NCBI GenBank assembly: GCA_016927185.1
Contig: JAFGND010000091.1
Span: forward strand, 1-33,791
DNA: 33,791 nucleotides
Source of the DNA: Candidatus Coatesbacteria bacterium
GTDB taxonomy: Bacteria > JAFGND01
Reading direction: 5' to 3'
Shown one piece after another: positions 7,167 to 17,523 of the stretch. The notes beneath the pieces are model-generated. The model made no database searches and was not told the DNA's origin. It saw nothing but the letters and a program-made list of their open reading frames with translations. A program made the position numbers and the translations under genes. How positions within the stretch are numbered: position 1 is the stretch's first letter; each line of letters starts with the position of its first letter.

Positions 7167-10100
7167 TTACTTAATTAATAGTGCAATTCCCTTTCTCATT
7201 TTTTGTGCTTCTATTTGCTCCAGCAGTACCTTTCTTTGCTTCTTCAGGATTTCCTGTTCCTGCGATTTTGTCCTTAAAATCATGTGATTTATAAGGGCAA
7301 CAGCAGCAGAAAGATTACCCATTCCAATATATGCTTGCATCAATGTCTTCAGAAGAGGTTTGTCAGATTCCAGCACAGGATCCAGATTCTGTTCTTTAGG
7401 ATAGAAGCTTCTGAGAAGAGATACTGCCTCAAGATGATCTCCCATCCTGATATAAGCTTGAGCTGAATAGAGAAGCCTTTCCTTCTGTTTATCGAAATGC
7501 CAGCCAGAAGTCTGAAGATAATTCAAGGCTTCCTTTGGTCTGTTAAGTACAAGAAGTGTCTTTGCCAGTTCAATCCTTATATCATATGATTGCTGTCCTG
7601 TTTCTTTTGCAAGTTTTTCCTTCATTTCAAGCACTTTGGCTTTCATTCCATCAGTAACACTCTGATAAATACTCTTGTATACCTGAGGATCGCTTTCCTC
7701 AAGATCGGGTAGAAGTTCAAGAGCTTCCTTGTTCCTGTTTGTCGATCTATAGAGAGAAACAAGTTCAATCTTGACTTTCTTTTCGTTTTCCTCGTCTCCC
7801 TTTATGTTCTTCAAGGCATCCAGAAGTATTTCCTCTGCTTGCTTGAACTGCTCTCTTCTAATATCCAGTTTTGCGATAGAAATAACGAGATTCAAATTGA
7901 ATTTGGTATCTGTTTTATAAAGCTCTATCAATTTTTCATATACTATATCCTTGAATTCGTTTTCTTCGTAAAGAGGAACGCTGAGTGCTGCTATTTCACT
8001 GTAATTTCTTTCCTTGAAAGCGAGTATGAATTTACAGAAAGCAAGATTCGGTACATATGAAGTCATGAAACTCTGCAAATCGAAAATTTCCTTCCTGAAA
8101 TTAAGGACTTCATTGCTGTCCATAATAAGCAAGTTCTTGATCTTCTCTATGGCATCATCCCATCTTGAAAGCGCCAGCAATAGTTTGATGAAAGCTCTCA
8201 GGATTATTTTATTATCCTTGAATCTTTTCTCCAGTTCAACGAAGCTCTTGAAAATGGTCTTTCCTTCTTCACTCAGGTCCTTTTTAGAGATCTTCTCGAG
8301 AGCCTGGACAGCTGTGTCAGGTTGATCCATTGCAAGAGACAGATCATATAAAAGATAATTGGCAGGAATATTATCAGGAACATTATCAATTATCTCCATG
8401 AGTTTCTGCATCACCTGATTTACAATCTGTGGAGATATCCTGAATGCCTCGCGTAATGCTGTAACTGCCTTGTCATAATCCTTGTCCCTGATATGAAGCA
8501 TTGCCATGTTAAGCTGGATTTGATGATCCCCTTTTATGTTCTGTGACATGTTAATGAGAAGCGGCAGAACCCTTGGACTTAATGATGTTTCAAGATCTAT
8601 AGCTTTCTGCAGATATTCTATTGCTTCCTTGGTTTTGTTTTCAAGCATGAAGAACTTACCCTTCAGGAAATTCAGTCTTCCATTATGAGGGTTATTTGCA
8701 AACAGTGAATCAGCGAATTCCTTCAGCATTGGAGCACTAACTGGCTGCAAATCTATGAATGCTAGAAGCTTTTCCACGCTGTTATCAAGCTGATTTGCAG
8801 AAGCCATGGATTTGGCAAGTTCTATTACCACATCTATCTGGTTCGGATTTTTCTTTTCAATTTCCTCAAGGATCTTGATTTTATCTCCAGTGAAAGATTC
8901 AGGAAGCAACTTGATGGAAGCCAGTGATTTATCCCATTTACCTTCTTTCGCTTCACATAATGCAACAAAAGATCTGACTTCAGGTATCTCTTTCCTTGAA
9001 AGTATATTAAGACCTGTGTCTATGCAGACTTCGTAAATCTCATTCTGGAAATATAGCTTGAGAAGAGATATCTGGGCTTCTTCATTTGCTGGATCTTTGT
9101 GAAGCACAAGATTCAGTATTTCCTTTGCCAATTCGAAATATCCTGGAGTCTCTTTTTCAAGTTTTTTGTACAGGTTCAATACTTTTTCTATCTGACTTCT
9201 GTCAATTGCAAGCCTTACCCACATAAGCCTTAATGGTGTGTTATCAATACCCTTTTGAAGTATGAGATCATCAAGGAATATGAAGATACTTTCTGGAACA
9301 CCTGTGCTTTGAAGTGAAAGTGCTTCTATGAAATTTACAATTTTTTCATAATCTCTTTGCTCAGAATAATCCTGTAATAAAAGCGACTGTACAACTTCAT
9401 TACCTGTGTTCTTCTCGTAGTATTTTTCCAAAAATGGTCTGAATGAAGACATAATTTGTGGTTTTTGAGGAATTATCTGCACTACTTGTCTCAAGAAAGT
9501 CGGTATTTCATCAGGGAATTTCCTGTCCATTGCAAGCAAAACAGGAGGCAATTCCTGGTATTGCTCATTATTCAGTAATAACTGGGCAAGATTTACCATG
9601 ATGCTTCTGCTTGAAGTCCCTGTTTTGACTATATTCTGATATATGATAATAAGCTCCTGAAGAAATGCCTGTGGTACCTTGGAAGGAATTTCACTTAACA
9701 AGTGCTGGGCAAGCTCTGTTTGCTCTAAACTTACATATAGCTGAGATAAAGCAAGCCTTATGGGGAAATTCTCCGGTTGAACCTCAAGCAAATAAGTGAG
9801 TTTGGAGACTATTGCTTCTTCCTGTGATGGGTCTCTCTGAATTGACTGAATAAATAACTTGACACTTTCCTGGGTTTTCCCTGAATTCAAATATGCATCT
9901 GCAAGCATGAACATTGCAGAGCTGTTTTCAGGATCCAGTTTCAGCAATTCATTAAGAACAGGTATTAACTTGTCATTCTGATCAGGAGCCTGATTATGGG
10001 CAATTTCTATCTCCTGAATGGCATTTGTCGCCTGACCCATATGAATGTAGATCTCTGCAAGTGCAAGTCTATAGGTAGGATTTTGTGGATCACTTCTCAG

Positions 10101-11006
10101 TCTAAGTCTGAATTTCTCTACAACCTGAGGACCTATATGAGGTTGAGTTTGAACAAGATTTTTGAGAGTAGGCATGGCTATATCAGGTCTTCCAGCCATC
10201 ATAGCTATTTGTCCGTAACCAAGAAGAAGATTTGGGTCATCCCTGGTCTCCTCAAGAGATGCTTCCAGTAGTTCAAGCAATGTCTTGCCAAACTGTGGTT
10301 TTATTTGAAGTATAACCATCATTTCTTCTATAGCGTCTTTAGGCATTTTCAGCGAGAGATGTATCTTTGCAAGAGCAAGTCTATAATTTATATTCTGTTT
10401 ATCAGCATAAAGGCTTCTTTTCAGCTCACTAATGATATGATCCACTTCCTCGTTGGAAATCTTGCCTATTCTTGTCAGCAGTTCCATATACTCATCATCA
10501 TGTCCTGCCTTCTTGTTAAGAAGAGCCAGGTAATAGAGCAATGAAATGAATTTATATGAATATGGCATGTGAGAGTCCTTGAAACTACCTTCCATCTGCT
10601 CCATTTTCTTTGTCTGTTCAGAAATCTCTTCATCCAGCGATCTTTCAGGAAATCTCTTCAATACGTTATTTGTGGCAGCGAGATCACGAGTTGCAAGATA
10701 TAATTGTGCAAGAAGTGATGCCATTTCCTTGTTAAATGGTAACTCAAAGAAATTATCTTCAAGAAACTTCAGAACTACATCTTTCTTTTCTGGAAAGACT
10801 TGTAAAACTTTTTTAAGCTGCTTGTTTATTTCTTCAATGTTCTCCACTTTCCTGTAAAGCAATACAAGCTCCCATAGAATTTCAAAGCTTTTTGGAAATT
10901 CCAGGGTTGCTTTGTCAAGTCTCTCTATAGCCTTGTCTATTCTTCCCTTATCTGAGAACTCCCTTGCCTTCTTTAATGCCTTGTCTGGAGTATTTGAGAA
11001 AAGCAT
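7167..11006 (-). CDS. Large cytoplasmic tetratricopeptide-repeat protein (1279 aa)
   Basis: All-helical TPR-like repeats (e.g. DPENSSAMFMLADAYLNSGKTQES); AGGAGG RBS; no signal peptide. Confidence 0.85.
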   Translation of the reverse strand: MLFSNTPDKALKKAREFSDKGRIDKAIERLDKATLEFPKSFEILWELVLLYRKVENIEEINKQLKKVLQVFPEKKDVVLKFLEDNFFELPFNKEMASLLAQLYLATRDLAATNNVLKRFPERSLDEEISEQTKKMEQMEGSFKDSHMPYSYKFISLLYYLALLNKKAGHDDEYMELLTRIGKISNEEVDHIISELKRSLYADKQNINYRLALAKIHLSLKMPKDAIEEMMVILQIKPQFGKTLLELLEASLEETRDDPNLLLGYGQIAMMAGRPDIAMPTLKNLVQTQPHIGPQVVEKFRLRLRSDPQNPTYRLALAEIYIHMGQATNAIQEIEIAHNQAPDQNDKLIPVLNELLKLDPENSSAMFMLADAYLNSGKTQESVKLFIQSIQRDPSQEEAIVSKLTYLLEVQPENFPIRLALSQLYVSLEQTELAQHLLSEIPSKVPQAFLQELIIIYQNIVKTGTSSRSIMVNLAQLLLNNEQYQELPPVLLAMDRKFPDEIPTFLRQVVQIIPQKPQIMSSFRPFLEKYYEKNTGNEVVQSLLLQDYSEQRDYEKIVNFIEALSLQSTGVPESIFIFLDDLILQKGIDNTPLRLMWVRLAIDRSQIEKVLNLYKKLEKETPGYFELAKEILNLVLHKDPANEEAQISLLKLYFQNEIYEVCIDTGLNILSRKEIPEVRSFVALCEAKEGKWDKSLASIKLLPESFTGDKIKILEEIEKKNPNQIDVVIELAKSMASANQLDNSVEKLLAFIDLQPVSAPMLKEFADSLFANNPHNGRLNFLKGKFFMLENKTKEAIEYLQKAIDLETSLSPRVLPLLINMSQNIKGDHQIQLNMAMLHIRDKDYDKAVTALREAFRISPQIVNQVMQKLMEIIDNVPDNIPANYLLYDLSLAMDQPDTAVQALEKISKKDLSEEGKTIFKSFVELEKRFKDNKIILRAFIKLLLALSRWDDAIEKIKNLLIMDSNEVLNFRKEIFDLQSFMTSYVPNLAFCKFILAFKERNYSEIAALSVPLYEENEFKDIVYEKLIELYKTDTKFNLNLVISIAKLDIRREQFKQAEEILLDALKNIKGDEENEKKVKIELVSLYRSTNRNKEALELLPDLEESDPQVYKSIYQSVTDGMKAKVLEMKEKLAKETGQQSYDIRIELAKTLLVLNRPKEALNYLQTSGWHFDKQKERLLYSAQAYIRMGDHLEAVSLLRSFYPKEQNLDPVLESDKPLLKTLMQAYIGMGNLSAAVALINHMILRTKSQEQEILKKQRKVLLEQIEAQKMRKGIALLIK

Positions 11007-11105
11007 ATCCCCCTCCTAAAATTCAGCTGCCCTTGTAAAATACATTCGGATTGAAAATATAAGTTTTAAACTAATGTCAAGTCTTTTTGATTTTTTTGCC
11101 TATAA

Positions 11106-12845
11106 TTATTTCTTTATATAGTAAATAGCTAATCCATGCCTGTAGGTAGAATAAGCAAAACTGCCATTTTCAAGGAATACGACACTGCTTATCTGATTTG
11201 AAACAAGATCATTCTTGAATTGAACCCATTTATCATTCTTGTAGCAGAAAATTCCTTCATTGAAAGTTCCAAACCACATTGATCCATCACGTGATTGTGC
11301 AATGCTGGTAACAGAAATATTACCCTTTATAGGAACATCACTTTCTAAAGAATACAAACCATTCTTCCATGAAGAGATCCAGAGTTTCCTCAAGTTATCC
11401 ACAAAGAGGGATTTTATATATAATGCCTTTCGTATTTTATTCGCTGGATGAATGGAATATGAAAGATTGCCATCTGAAAGAAGTTCACACAAGCCATATC
11501 CGTAAGTTCCCACTAATATCCTTTTGTTGACAACAGCCATATCAGTAAGAGGAACATCGCTTTTCAGAATGCATTTCATAGAGCCATTTTCATATTCATA
11601 GATATTCTCCCTGTCCACAAGATAATATTTGTTGTCGAATTTCCTTATGGATTGTGCAGAAGGGGGGAATTCATCAAGCCTGCATTCGCTTATGAATCCA
11701 AGATTGTTCTTTTTTCCGTAAGCCCAGCCGTTTCTCAGAAATCCTATGAAACTTGTTCCGTCTTCATCCTGTGAGCATACTGTACAGTATTCAATTTTAT
11801 GCTTGTCCTTGTCTTCAATATTAAACACTATGGAATTATCTATATAGCTAATGCCCTTCAAATGACTCACAATCAGCTTATTATGTAGGCAAGATATGGA
11901 AGAAATAGATCTGTCCATGATTGCATTTTCATTTTCCAAAAAAGCCCATGATGATGATTTCTGCCTGAGAAAACCCTTGTCTGAAGCAGCATAAAGCTTT
12001 CCCTTCCAGTAACAGATTTCATTTATATAGCCGAAATCATTCCTGTCATTGAGGAATCCCCTGTCTGTACCTATGAAAGGGTAGTAATAGCATGTTATAA
12101 CCTCATTTTTTGCCTTGTAAATCCATTTATAAAGCTTCCCATCATTATCAAGTGAATATATTCCATTCTCATCGCAAACCGTAAGATATTGCCCATTTGC
12201 ATACAATGCATTTATCCTGGAGTAAGGAAATATACCAAATCTTGAAAAATTTTTGTTTTCCCATTTCCATAAGCCCTGATATCTTGTTCCAGCAATGATT
12301 TTACCCCAATAATCCTTTATACATGTAATGCTCGCATCACAGATTCTGTCTTTTATGGAAAAATTCTGTATCTTTCCATCATTTTTTACATAAATACCAA
12401 GACCATCATATCCAACAAACAGGTTTCCGTTTGAAGATGCTAGTATTGCACTTACATGACCTGAAGGAAAATCTGCATTGCGTTTTAAAATTCTTTCATC
12501 AATAAGTTCAAACAAGCCTGAGTTTTCAGTTCCGATAAGAACCTTCCCCTTGCTGCAAAATAAACAGGTAACTGCATCTGGAGGCGATTTAATTCTCTTA
12601 ATCGATTTTGAATCATATTTGTAAACTCCTCCAGTTGAACCGATCAAGATATATTTGTCGAGAGGCAGAATGGTATTTACAGGTGCAAAGGGATAAAAGA
12701 ACACAGCTTCCCTGCCAAGAAATTCCCCTAATTCATCTTTTTTCGAGGTTGCAGGGATTACCTTTTTCTGCTCAATTTCTTTTTTGGAGCAGCCTGAAAG
12801 TATATATATGGAAAATATGAATAAAAGAATCAGTAATTTTGTCAC
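11106..12845 (-). CDS. Lipoprotein with ligand-binding-sensor (Reg_prop-like) beta-propeller repeats
   Basis: Lipobox ILSG-C; repeats such as DGSMWFGTFNEG, LVSNQISSV, LWISSWKNGL. Confidence 0.75.
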   Translation of the reverse strand: MTKLLILLFIFSIYILSGCSKKEIEQKKVIPATSKKDELGEFLGREAVFFYPFAPVNTILPLDKYILIGSTGGVYKYDSKSIKRIKSPPDAVTCLFCSKGKVLIGTENSGLFELIDERILKRNADFPSGHVSAILASSNGNLFVGYDGLGIYVKNDGKIQNFSIKDRICDASITCIKDYWGKIIAGTRYQGLWKWENKNFSRFGIFPYSRINALYANGQYLTVCDENGIYSLDNDGKLYKWIYKAKNEVITCYYYPFIGTDRGFLNDRNDFGYINEICYWKGKLYAASDKGFLRQKSSSWAFLENENAIMDRSISSISCLHNKLIVSHLKGISYIDNSIVFNIEDKDKHKIEYCTVCSQDEDGTSFIGFLRNGWAYGKKNNLGFISECRLDEFPPSAQSIRKFDNKYYLVDRENIYEYENGSMKCILKSDVPLTDMAVVNKRILVGTYGYGLCELLSDGNLSYSIHPANKIRKALYIKSLFVDNLRKLWISSWKNGLYSLESDVPIKGNISVTSIAQSRDGSMWFGTFNEGIFCYKNDKWVQFKNDLVSNQISSVVFLENGSFAYSTYRHGLAIYYIKK

Positions 12846-13609
12846 ATATCTTCATCTATCAAACTTTTTATCGCATTAACTGCAACTTCTATTGTCCTTT
12901 TTACTGTTTCTGCCTTCAAATCCATCGCAACATGCTCGCTTTTGGCTCTTGCTGCGATTATACCACAAACGCATCCTGCTGAAAGTCCCATTGTGCTGCA
13001 TAGTACAAACATTGTCGCTGCTTCCATTTCATAATTCAAGACATTAAGTTTCTGCCATTCCTCTAAGCTTCCTCTTAAATGCCTGGGTACATAAGCAGAG
13101 AAACTGTCATATCTTTCCTGACCCTGATAAAAAGTTGCAGAAGAGGCAGTGATACCTACCCTGTAAGGATATCCAAGTTTTTTTGCACTTTTTATCAAGT
13201 GAAAAAGAATAGAAGGATCAGAAACTGCAGGATAAGTCATCGGGGCAAAGTGATCAGAAGCACCATCCAGCCTGACTGCTCCATTGGTAATAACTATTGT
13301 ACCCACACTGATATCTTCCTGTATGGAGCCGGAAGTTCCTATCCTAATGAATTTTTTTATACCTAGTTCAGCAAGTTCCTCGATTGCAATTGATGTAGAA
13401 GGTCCACCTATCCCTGTAGAGCAAGTTATTACTGGAGTGTTTTCTATGAATGACAGATAGGAATGATATTCTCTGTTATATGCCAGTTCCCTGGAATTCT
13501 GGTCAATTTCCTCTGCTATTGGTTTTACTCTTCCTGGATCTCCAGGCAATAATGCTATAGTTGAACCTTCCAGCTGATCCTGTGAGAGATCAAGGTGATA
13601 TACGGGCAT
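12842..13609 (-). CDS. udp: Uridine phosphorylase
   Basis: LPGDPGRV, STGIGGPSTSIAIEEL, RIGTSG, FYQGQERYD, NYEMEAAT. Confidence 0.95.
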   Translation of the reverse strand: MPVYHLDLSQDQLEGSTIALLPGDPGRVKPIAEEIDQNSRELAYNREYHSYLSFIENTPVITCSTGIGGPSTSIAIEELAELGIKKFIRIGTSGSIQEDISVGTIVITNGAVRLDGASDHFAPMTYPAVSDPSILFHLIKSAKKLGYPYRVGITASSATFYQGQERYDSFSAYVPRHLRGSLEEWQKLNVLNYEMEAATMFVLCSTMGLSAGCVCGIIAARAKSEHVAMDLKAETVKRTIEVAVNAIKSLIDEDM

Positions 13610-13618
13610 TATTTCTCC

Positions 13619-15319
13619 TTATTTTTTCTCCGAAATGACTATCAGGTCATGTCTGTCCATCTCCAGAGTAATGGAAACCAGAGAGGATTTCTCAGTTGAG
13701 CTTGTTTTTCCTTCCCTGTCTCTCTTGAATACAACACAATTACCAAGTTTCCTGGGGAGGGTAAGTTCCACCTTCTGGTAATCTATCGGATTGAAAACTG
13801 CTATCCTGTCATTATAAGATATGAACAAGGTTGCTGGTTTGTCTATTACTTTCTTCTGAAGTGATATGAAAAGGTAATACTGTAAACTCAAATGTGGAAC
13901 CGGGTGGTTTATTATTATGAAGTTATCTTTTACGGCAATAACTGGACAGTCATTTTCATCTATGATTTTCTTCCAGTCATCTAAATTAATCCTGAGAGGT
14001 CCTTGTTTCCATGTCCATGCCTTGTTCAGTGATTTGTGTGACCATCTGGATGATGACAATGATTCTGCACTTGAATTATTCTTTCCTGTTATTTCATAAA
14101 TTGCATCCCAGGATTTATCTTTCCCCGGATTTCCAGTGAAATGCAGGATAATTTTTTTACCTGATTTCAGACTGCTTTCAAGCCAGTCCGGCAGTTTGCT
14201 CTTGTTTCCCTGTGCACTGTCATTAGGAAGTATCAAATACAGGATTTCAGATTTCTGTACCGGTTCATTGCTGAGAATTGGTTTATATCCTGCTGCATCC
14301 AGAGCACTTGAAGCAAACTGCAAGGCATAAGTTCCTTCTATCCTGTTCTTGCGGGATGTCAGATCCACTATGTTGGCAATAGCTCTTTCATCTTTAGAAT
14401 ATGGAAACTTGTCCATTATTGCTTTTGCAGATGAAGGTTTGAATTTGACAAGTTCCTTCCATTCCTTATCTGTAGAGACCCAGCCAGGTTTGACGAAAAA
14501 TCCTCTTGCGTTATTGGCAATTTTTCTGTAAATCCACGTATTAATCATGGCTACTGATGAAAAGCCGTAGCCAGTTCTTCCATAAGGCGAGGTATTTACC
14601 CAGACAGGCTTTTCATTACCTTTTGCCCATGCTGAAATGACATTCCCCTCTGCCATATCTGAGAATGGATAAGCTCTTATGAAATCTTCAGCACTTTCAG
14701 GATATGATGCGAAATCCTCAGTTATGAATCTGTCAGCAGAAGAATATACTACAGAGGAAACAAGCATTCCTTTCTGCGTAAGAATCATCTTTCTTATATC
14801 AGTGTAATATTCTTCAGATAAATTGGATATTGCAAAATTGTATATATCACTTTTCAGGGATGATTCGTTTAAAATCATTGTTAGATTGCTTTTGTTTAAA
14901 GGTAATCCTGCTATCGGATCATTACCAATTTCGGATTCTGTCTTGTATTGAAGCAGTCCCAGATTACCAATTACGGTAAATCCTTTCTCTTTGGCTACTC
15001 CTGCACCACATATGTAATAATCCCAGGATGACAGGTAGTTGAGTTTGGATAGAATTGACGAATGAAACAAAGGTCTTCCATCATCAGACATCATATCAAG
15101 TATTATGCAATTATATCCTTTCTTCTTGCATAAATCAAGGAATTCCCGTGCATTATCTTTTCTCATGCCTGCCGTTGTTGCTTCATATCCTGTAGCATAA
15201 TTCCTGCTTATGAAATCAAGAGGAGAAAGCATGAGACCATAACTTACATCAAGATTATCCTGAAGTGCAAATATTGAACCGAAAGCAAGAAGCATTATAT
15301 AAAAATATTTACCTGACAT
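13619..15319 (-). CDS. Secreted hypothetical protein, possibly with a glycoside-hydrolase-like TIM barrel
   Basis: Signal peptide; the N-terminal segment FLDLCKKKGYNCIILDMMSDDGRPLFHS resembles the first strands of GH-like barrels (weak). Confidence 0.6.
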   Translation of the reverse strand: MSGKYFYIMLLAFGSIFALQDNLDVSYGLMLSPLDFISRNYATGYEATTAGMRKDNAREFLDLCKKKGYNCIILDMMSDDGRPLFHSSILSKLNYLSSWDYYICGAGVAKEKGFTVIGNLGLLQYKTESEIGNDPIAGLPLNKSNLTMILNESSLKSDIYNFAISNLSEEYYTDIRKMILTQKGMLVSSVVYSSADRFITEDFASYPESAEDFIRAYPFSDMAEGNVISAWAKGNEKPVWVNTSPYGRTGYGFSSVAMINTWIYRKIANNARGFFVKPGWVSTDKEWKELVKFKPSSAKAIMDKFPYSKDERAIANIVDLTSRKNRIEGTYALQFASSALDAAGYKPILSNEPVQKSEILYLILPNDSAQGNKSKLPDWLESSLKSGKKIILHFTGNPGKDKSWDAIYEITGKNNSSAESLSSSRWSHKSLNKAWTWKQGPLRINLDDWKKIIDENDCPVIAVKDNFIIINHPVPHLSLQYYLFISLQKKVIDKPATLFISYNDRIAVFNPIDYQKVELTLPRKLGNCVVFKRDREGKTSSTEKSSLVSITLEMDRHDLIVISEKK

Positions 15320-15364
15320 TTCATTTCCTTTCCCTGATGTAAGATAGTCTTGTCAAGAAAGTAA

Positions 15365-16198
15365 TCATTCATCAGTATCGTCAGAGTCTTTTTCTTCTTC
15401 TTCCTTCTCTTCCTTTTCCTCGTCTTCTCCATCATTCGGTTCTTCCTTGCTGTAAACAAGTTTGAATTCACCGCTAACTTTTTTTGCCTTGTTGAGGAAT
15501 TTTCCGCTTATTTCTTTCCCCTTTTTTGTTCCCTTGAAATTATATGTATTCCTGAATTTCATTGAACCTGATATATCATCCTTCTTTATCTTGAGTTCTT
15601 CAAACTTGTTCTCGGTTTCCTCTTGTCTTGGCAAGGTAAACTTGTATGTTCCTCCATAAGAATTTTTCTTGAATTCTATACTTATTTCAAGAGGAAATGA
15701 ATATTCCTTGCCCTGTTCTCCAAAAGTTGCCTTTCCTTTGAAAAGCCCAATCCATGATACTTTCTCATCTGGTTTTTCATCAGGTTCATCACTTCCTGTT
15801 ATAACCCTCTTTTTTGTAAGAACTTGTGGTGAAACTATTACCTTATCATAATCATAAAAGCTGAAAAATTTGTAATCCGATGTATCCAGGTTGGCAAGCA
15901 GGATTATCTCATTATCCTTGTTAGTCGCAAACAGATAAGTTACATCCTTCTTGGTGATGTAAGGGAATACCCTTTCCCCTTTCTTGTAAACCTGTATGAT
16001 TTTGGTTTCTCCTTCCTTGATTGTTCCCCTTATTACCTTTCCTATTATTATGCTTGCTGCACCTTTTTTGTATTCAATAATTTTTCCCTCGAATAGCAGG
16101 GGAGCATTCTGGATAGTTTCAATGGATGAAATAGTTAATGCTTTCGCAAACATCAAATTGAAGCTTGTTATTAATATCAATATAACAGTCCTGTACAT
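15365..16198 (-). CDS. Secreted hypothetical protein with an acidic C-terminal tail
   Basis: GAGG RBS, signal peptide, 277-aa ORF, E/D-rich tail. Confidence 0.75.
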   Translation of the reverse strand: MYRTVILILITSFNLMFAKALTISSIETIQNAPLLFEGKIIEYKKGAASIIIGKVIRGTIKEGETKIIQVYKKGERVFPYITKKDVTYLFATNKDNEIILLANLDTSDYKFFSFYDYDKVIVSPQVLTKKRVITGSDEPDEKPDEKVSWIGLFKGKATFGEQGKEYSFPLEISIEFKKNSYGGTYKFTLPRQEETENKFEELKIKKDDISGSMKFRNTYNFKGTKKGKEISGKFLNKAKKVSGEFKLVYSKEEPNDGEDEEKEEKEEEEKDSDDTDE

Positions 16199-16326
16199 TT
16201 TTACCTCACTATTTTTTGTTTACAATGCCCTAAAACATAAAGGCTGTGTCAAGTAGTTTAAGAAGCCTTAATAAACATTTATTGCAAAATAAGGACTAAA
16301 AAAAAAGTGATGAAAACAGACTTCAG

Positions 16327-16361
16327 GAAAAGCAAAAGCAGCTTTCATATCAGGAAAGCTG
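16327..16361 (-). terminator. Rho-independent terminator after the radical SAM gene
   Basis: Minus strand reads CAGCTTTC-CTGATAT-GAAAGCTG then CTTTTGCTTTT, immediately after the TGA. Confidence 0.65.
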
Positions 16362-17441
16362 TCACTTTTTTTTCTGCATCTTATTCCATAAAAGTTTCAG
16401 GAATTCGATTTCAAGTGAAAACCAGGTTCTGGGAGTAAAGAGTATATTACTTGAAAGATTGCATTCATGTGTGCAGAAACATCTATTTTCATTTATCAGC
16501 TTAACAAATTCCATTCTTTGAGTCTGAGAGTAAAGTTTCTTGAAATTCATATCAAAATCTCTCAGATTTCCCAGGGAATTCTCCAGAAGCTCACAATAAT
16601 TAACTGTCCCGTCTGGATATATTACCATATTAAGAATGCCTGCGTAACATGGAAGTTGATATCTGTTTTCAAGCAAGGTTTTCAGGATTATTTTCCTTTT
16701 GTAAATACCAAGGGAGGCAATCACAAAACTCATGAAATTACGAGGTTTAAAACTCCTTTCAATCTTCTCTGATAATTTCTCATATTTATTTATATCAACT
16801 CCCTGAAGGCAAGGATCTTTTATATTACCCCTTACCATATTCAAATAGATTATATCTGGTTTCCATTCAATGAATTTCAGTAGTGAATCCTCAAGCAAAT
16901 CCTGGTTGTTTTTCTCGAATACCATTCCTATACTTGTTTTCAGATTAACGTACTTCTTCTTGAGTTCTTTCAATGCATAAAAACTTTCCCTTGCTTTTTC
17001 AAAGAGACCAGGGAAATTCTTGATGTCATCATGGGCTTTCCCATAAGCATCAAGGCTTATAGCTATTTCCAGATTTATTCCGCGATTTGCTGACAGTATT
17101 TCACTGCAAGCATTGATAATATTCTCGACAAGACTTCCATTTGTTGGAATTATAACTATTTCAGGTTCAGCGTATCTGTAAAACAAGCTGACGATTTTTG
17201 CTATATCGCTTCTTATGAATGGTTCTCCACCGGTTATATTAAGATATGATATATGCGGCATTGAAATTGCAAGTTTTTCTATTTCATCGATAGTGAGTTC
17301 ATTTACTGGCTTGTTTATGTTATCATGATAGAAACAATGAGGACACCTTGCGTTACATCTGTTTGTTATGAAAAACGTCAGATATTCCGGATATGCAGTT
17401 TTCTTGAAAAAGGCTTTCTTCAATAATCTTAGTGCTCTCAT
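16362..17441 (-). CDS. Radical SAM protein with SPASM/twitch domain
   Basis: CNARCPHC (CxxxCxxC), ITGGEPF, CYAG…IYPDGTVNYCE…CFCTHEC. Confidence 0.92.
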   Translation of the reverse strand: MRALRLLKKAFFKKTAYPEYLTFFITNRCNARCPHCFYHDNINKPVNELTIDEIEKLAISMPHISYLNITGGEPFIRSDIAKIVSLFYRYAEPEIVIIPTNGSLVENIINACSEILSANRGINLEIAISLDAYGKAHDDIKNFPGLFEKARESFYALKELKKKYVNLKTSIGMVFEKNNQDLLEDSLLKFIEWKPDIIYLNMVRGNIKDPCLQGVDINKYEKLSEKIERSFKPRNFMSFVIASLGIYKRKIILKTLLENRYQLPCYAGILNMVIYPDGTVNYCELLENSLGNLRDFDMNFKKLYSQTQRMEFVKLINENRCFCTHECNLSSNILFTPRTWFSLEIEFLKLLWNKMQKKK

Positions 17442-17523
17442 TACATCCTGTCAGTTTTAGGTTGCCAAAATAATATGATATTTAATTCATGCTCATATTT
17501 AATGTTAAATTTTGCATGCTGAA

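Noticed and set aside
16339-16364. SECIS after the radical SAM gene's TGA
   Set aside because: The protein is complete, another TGA follows after three codons, and the hairpin plus U-run fits a terminator
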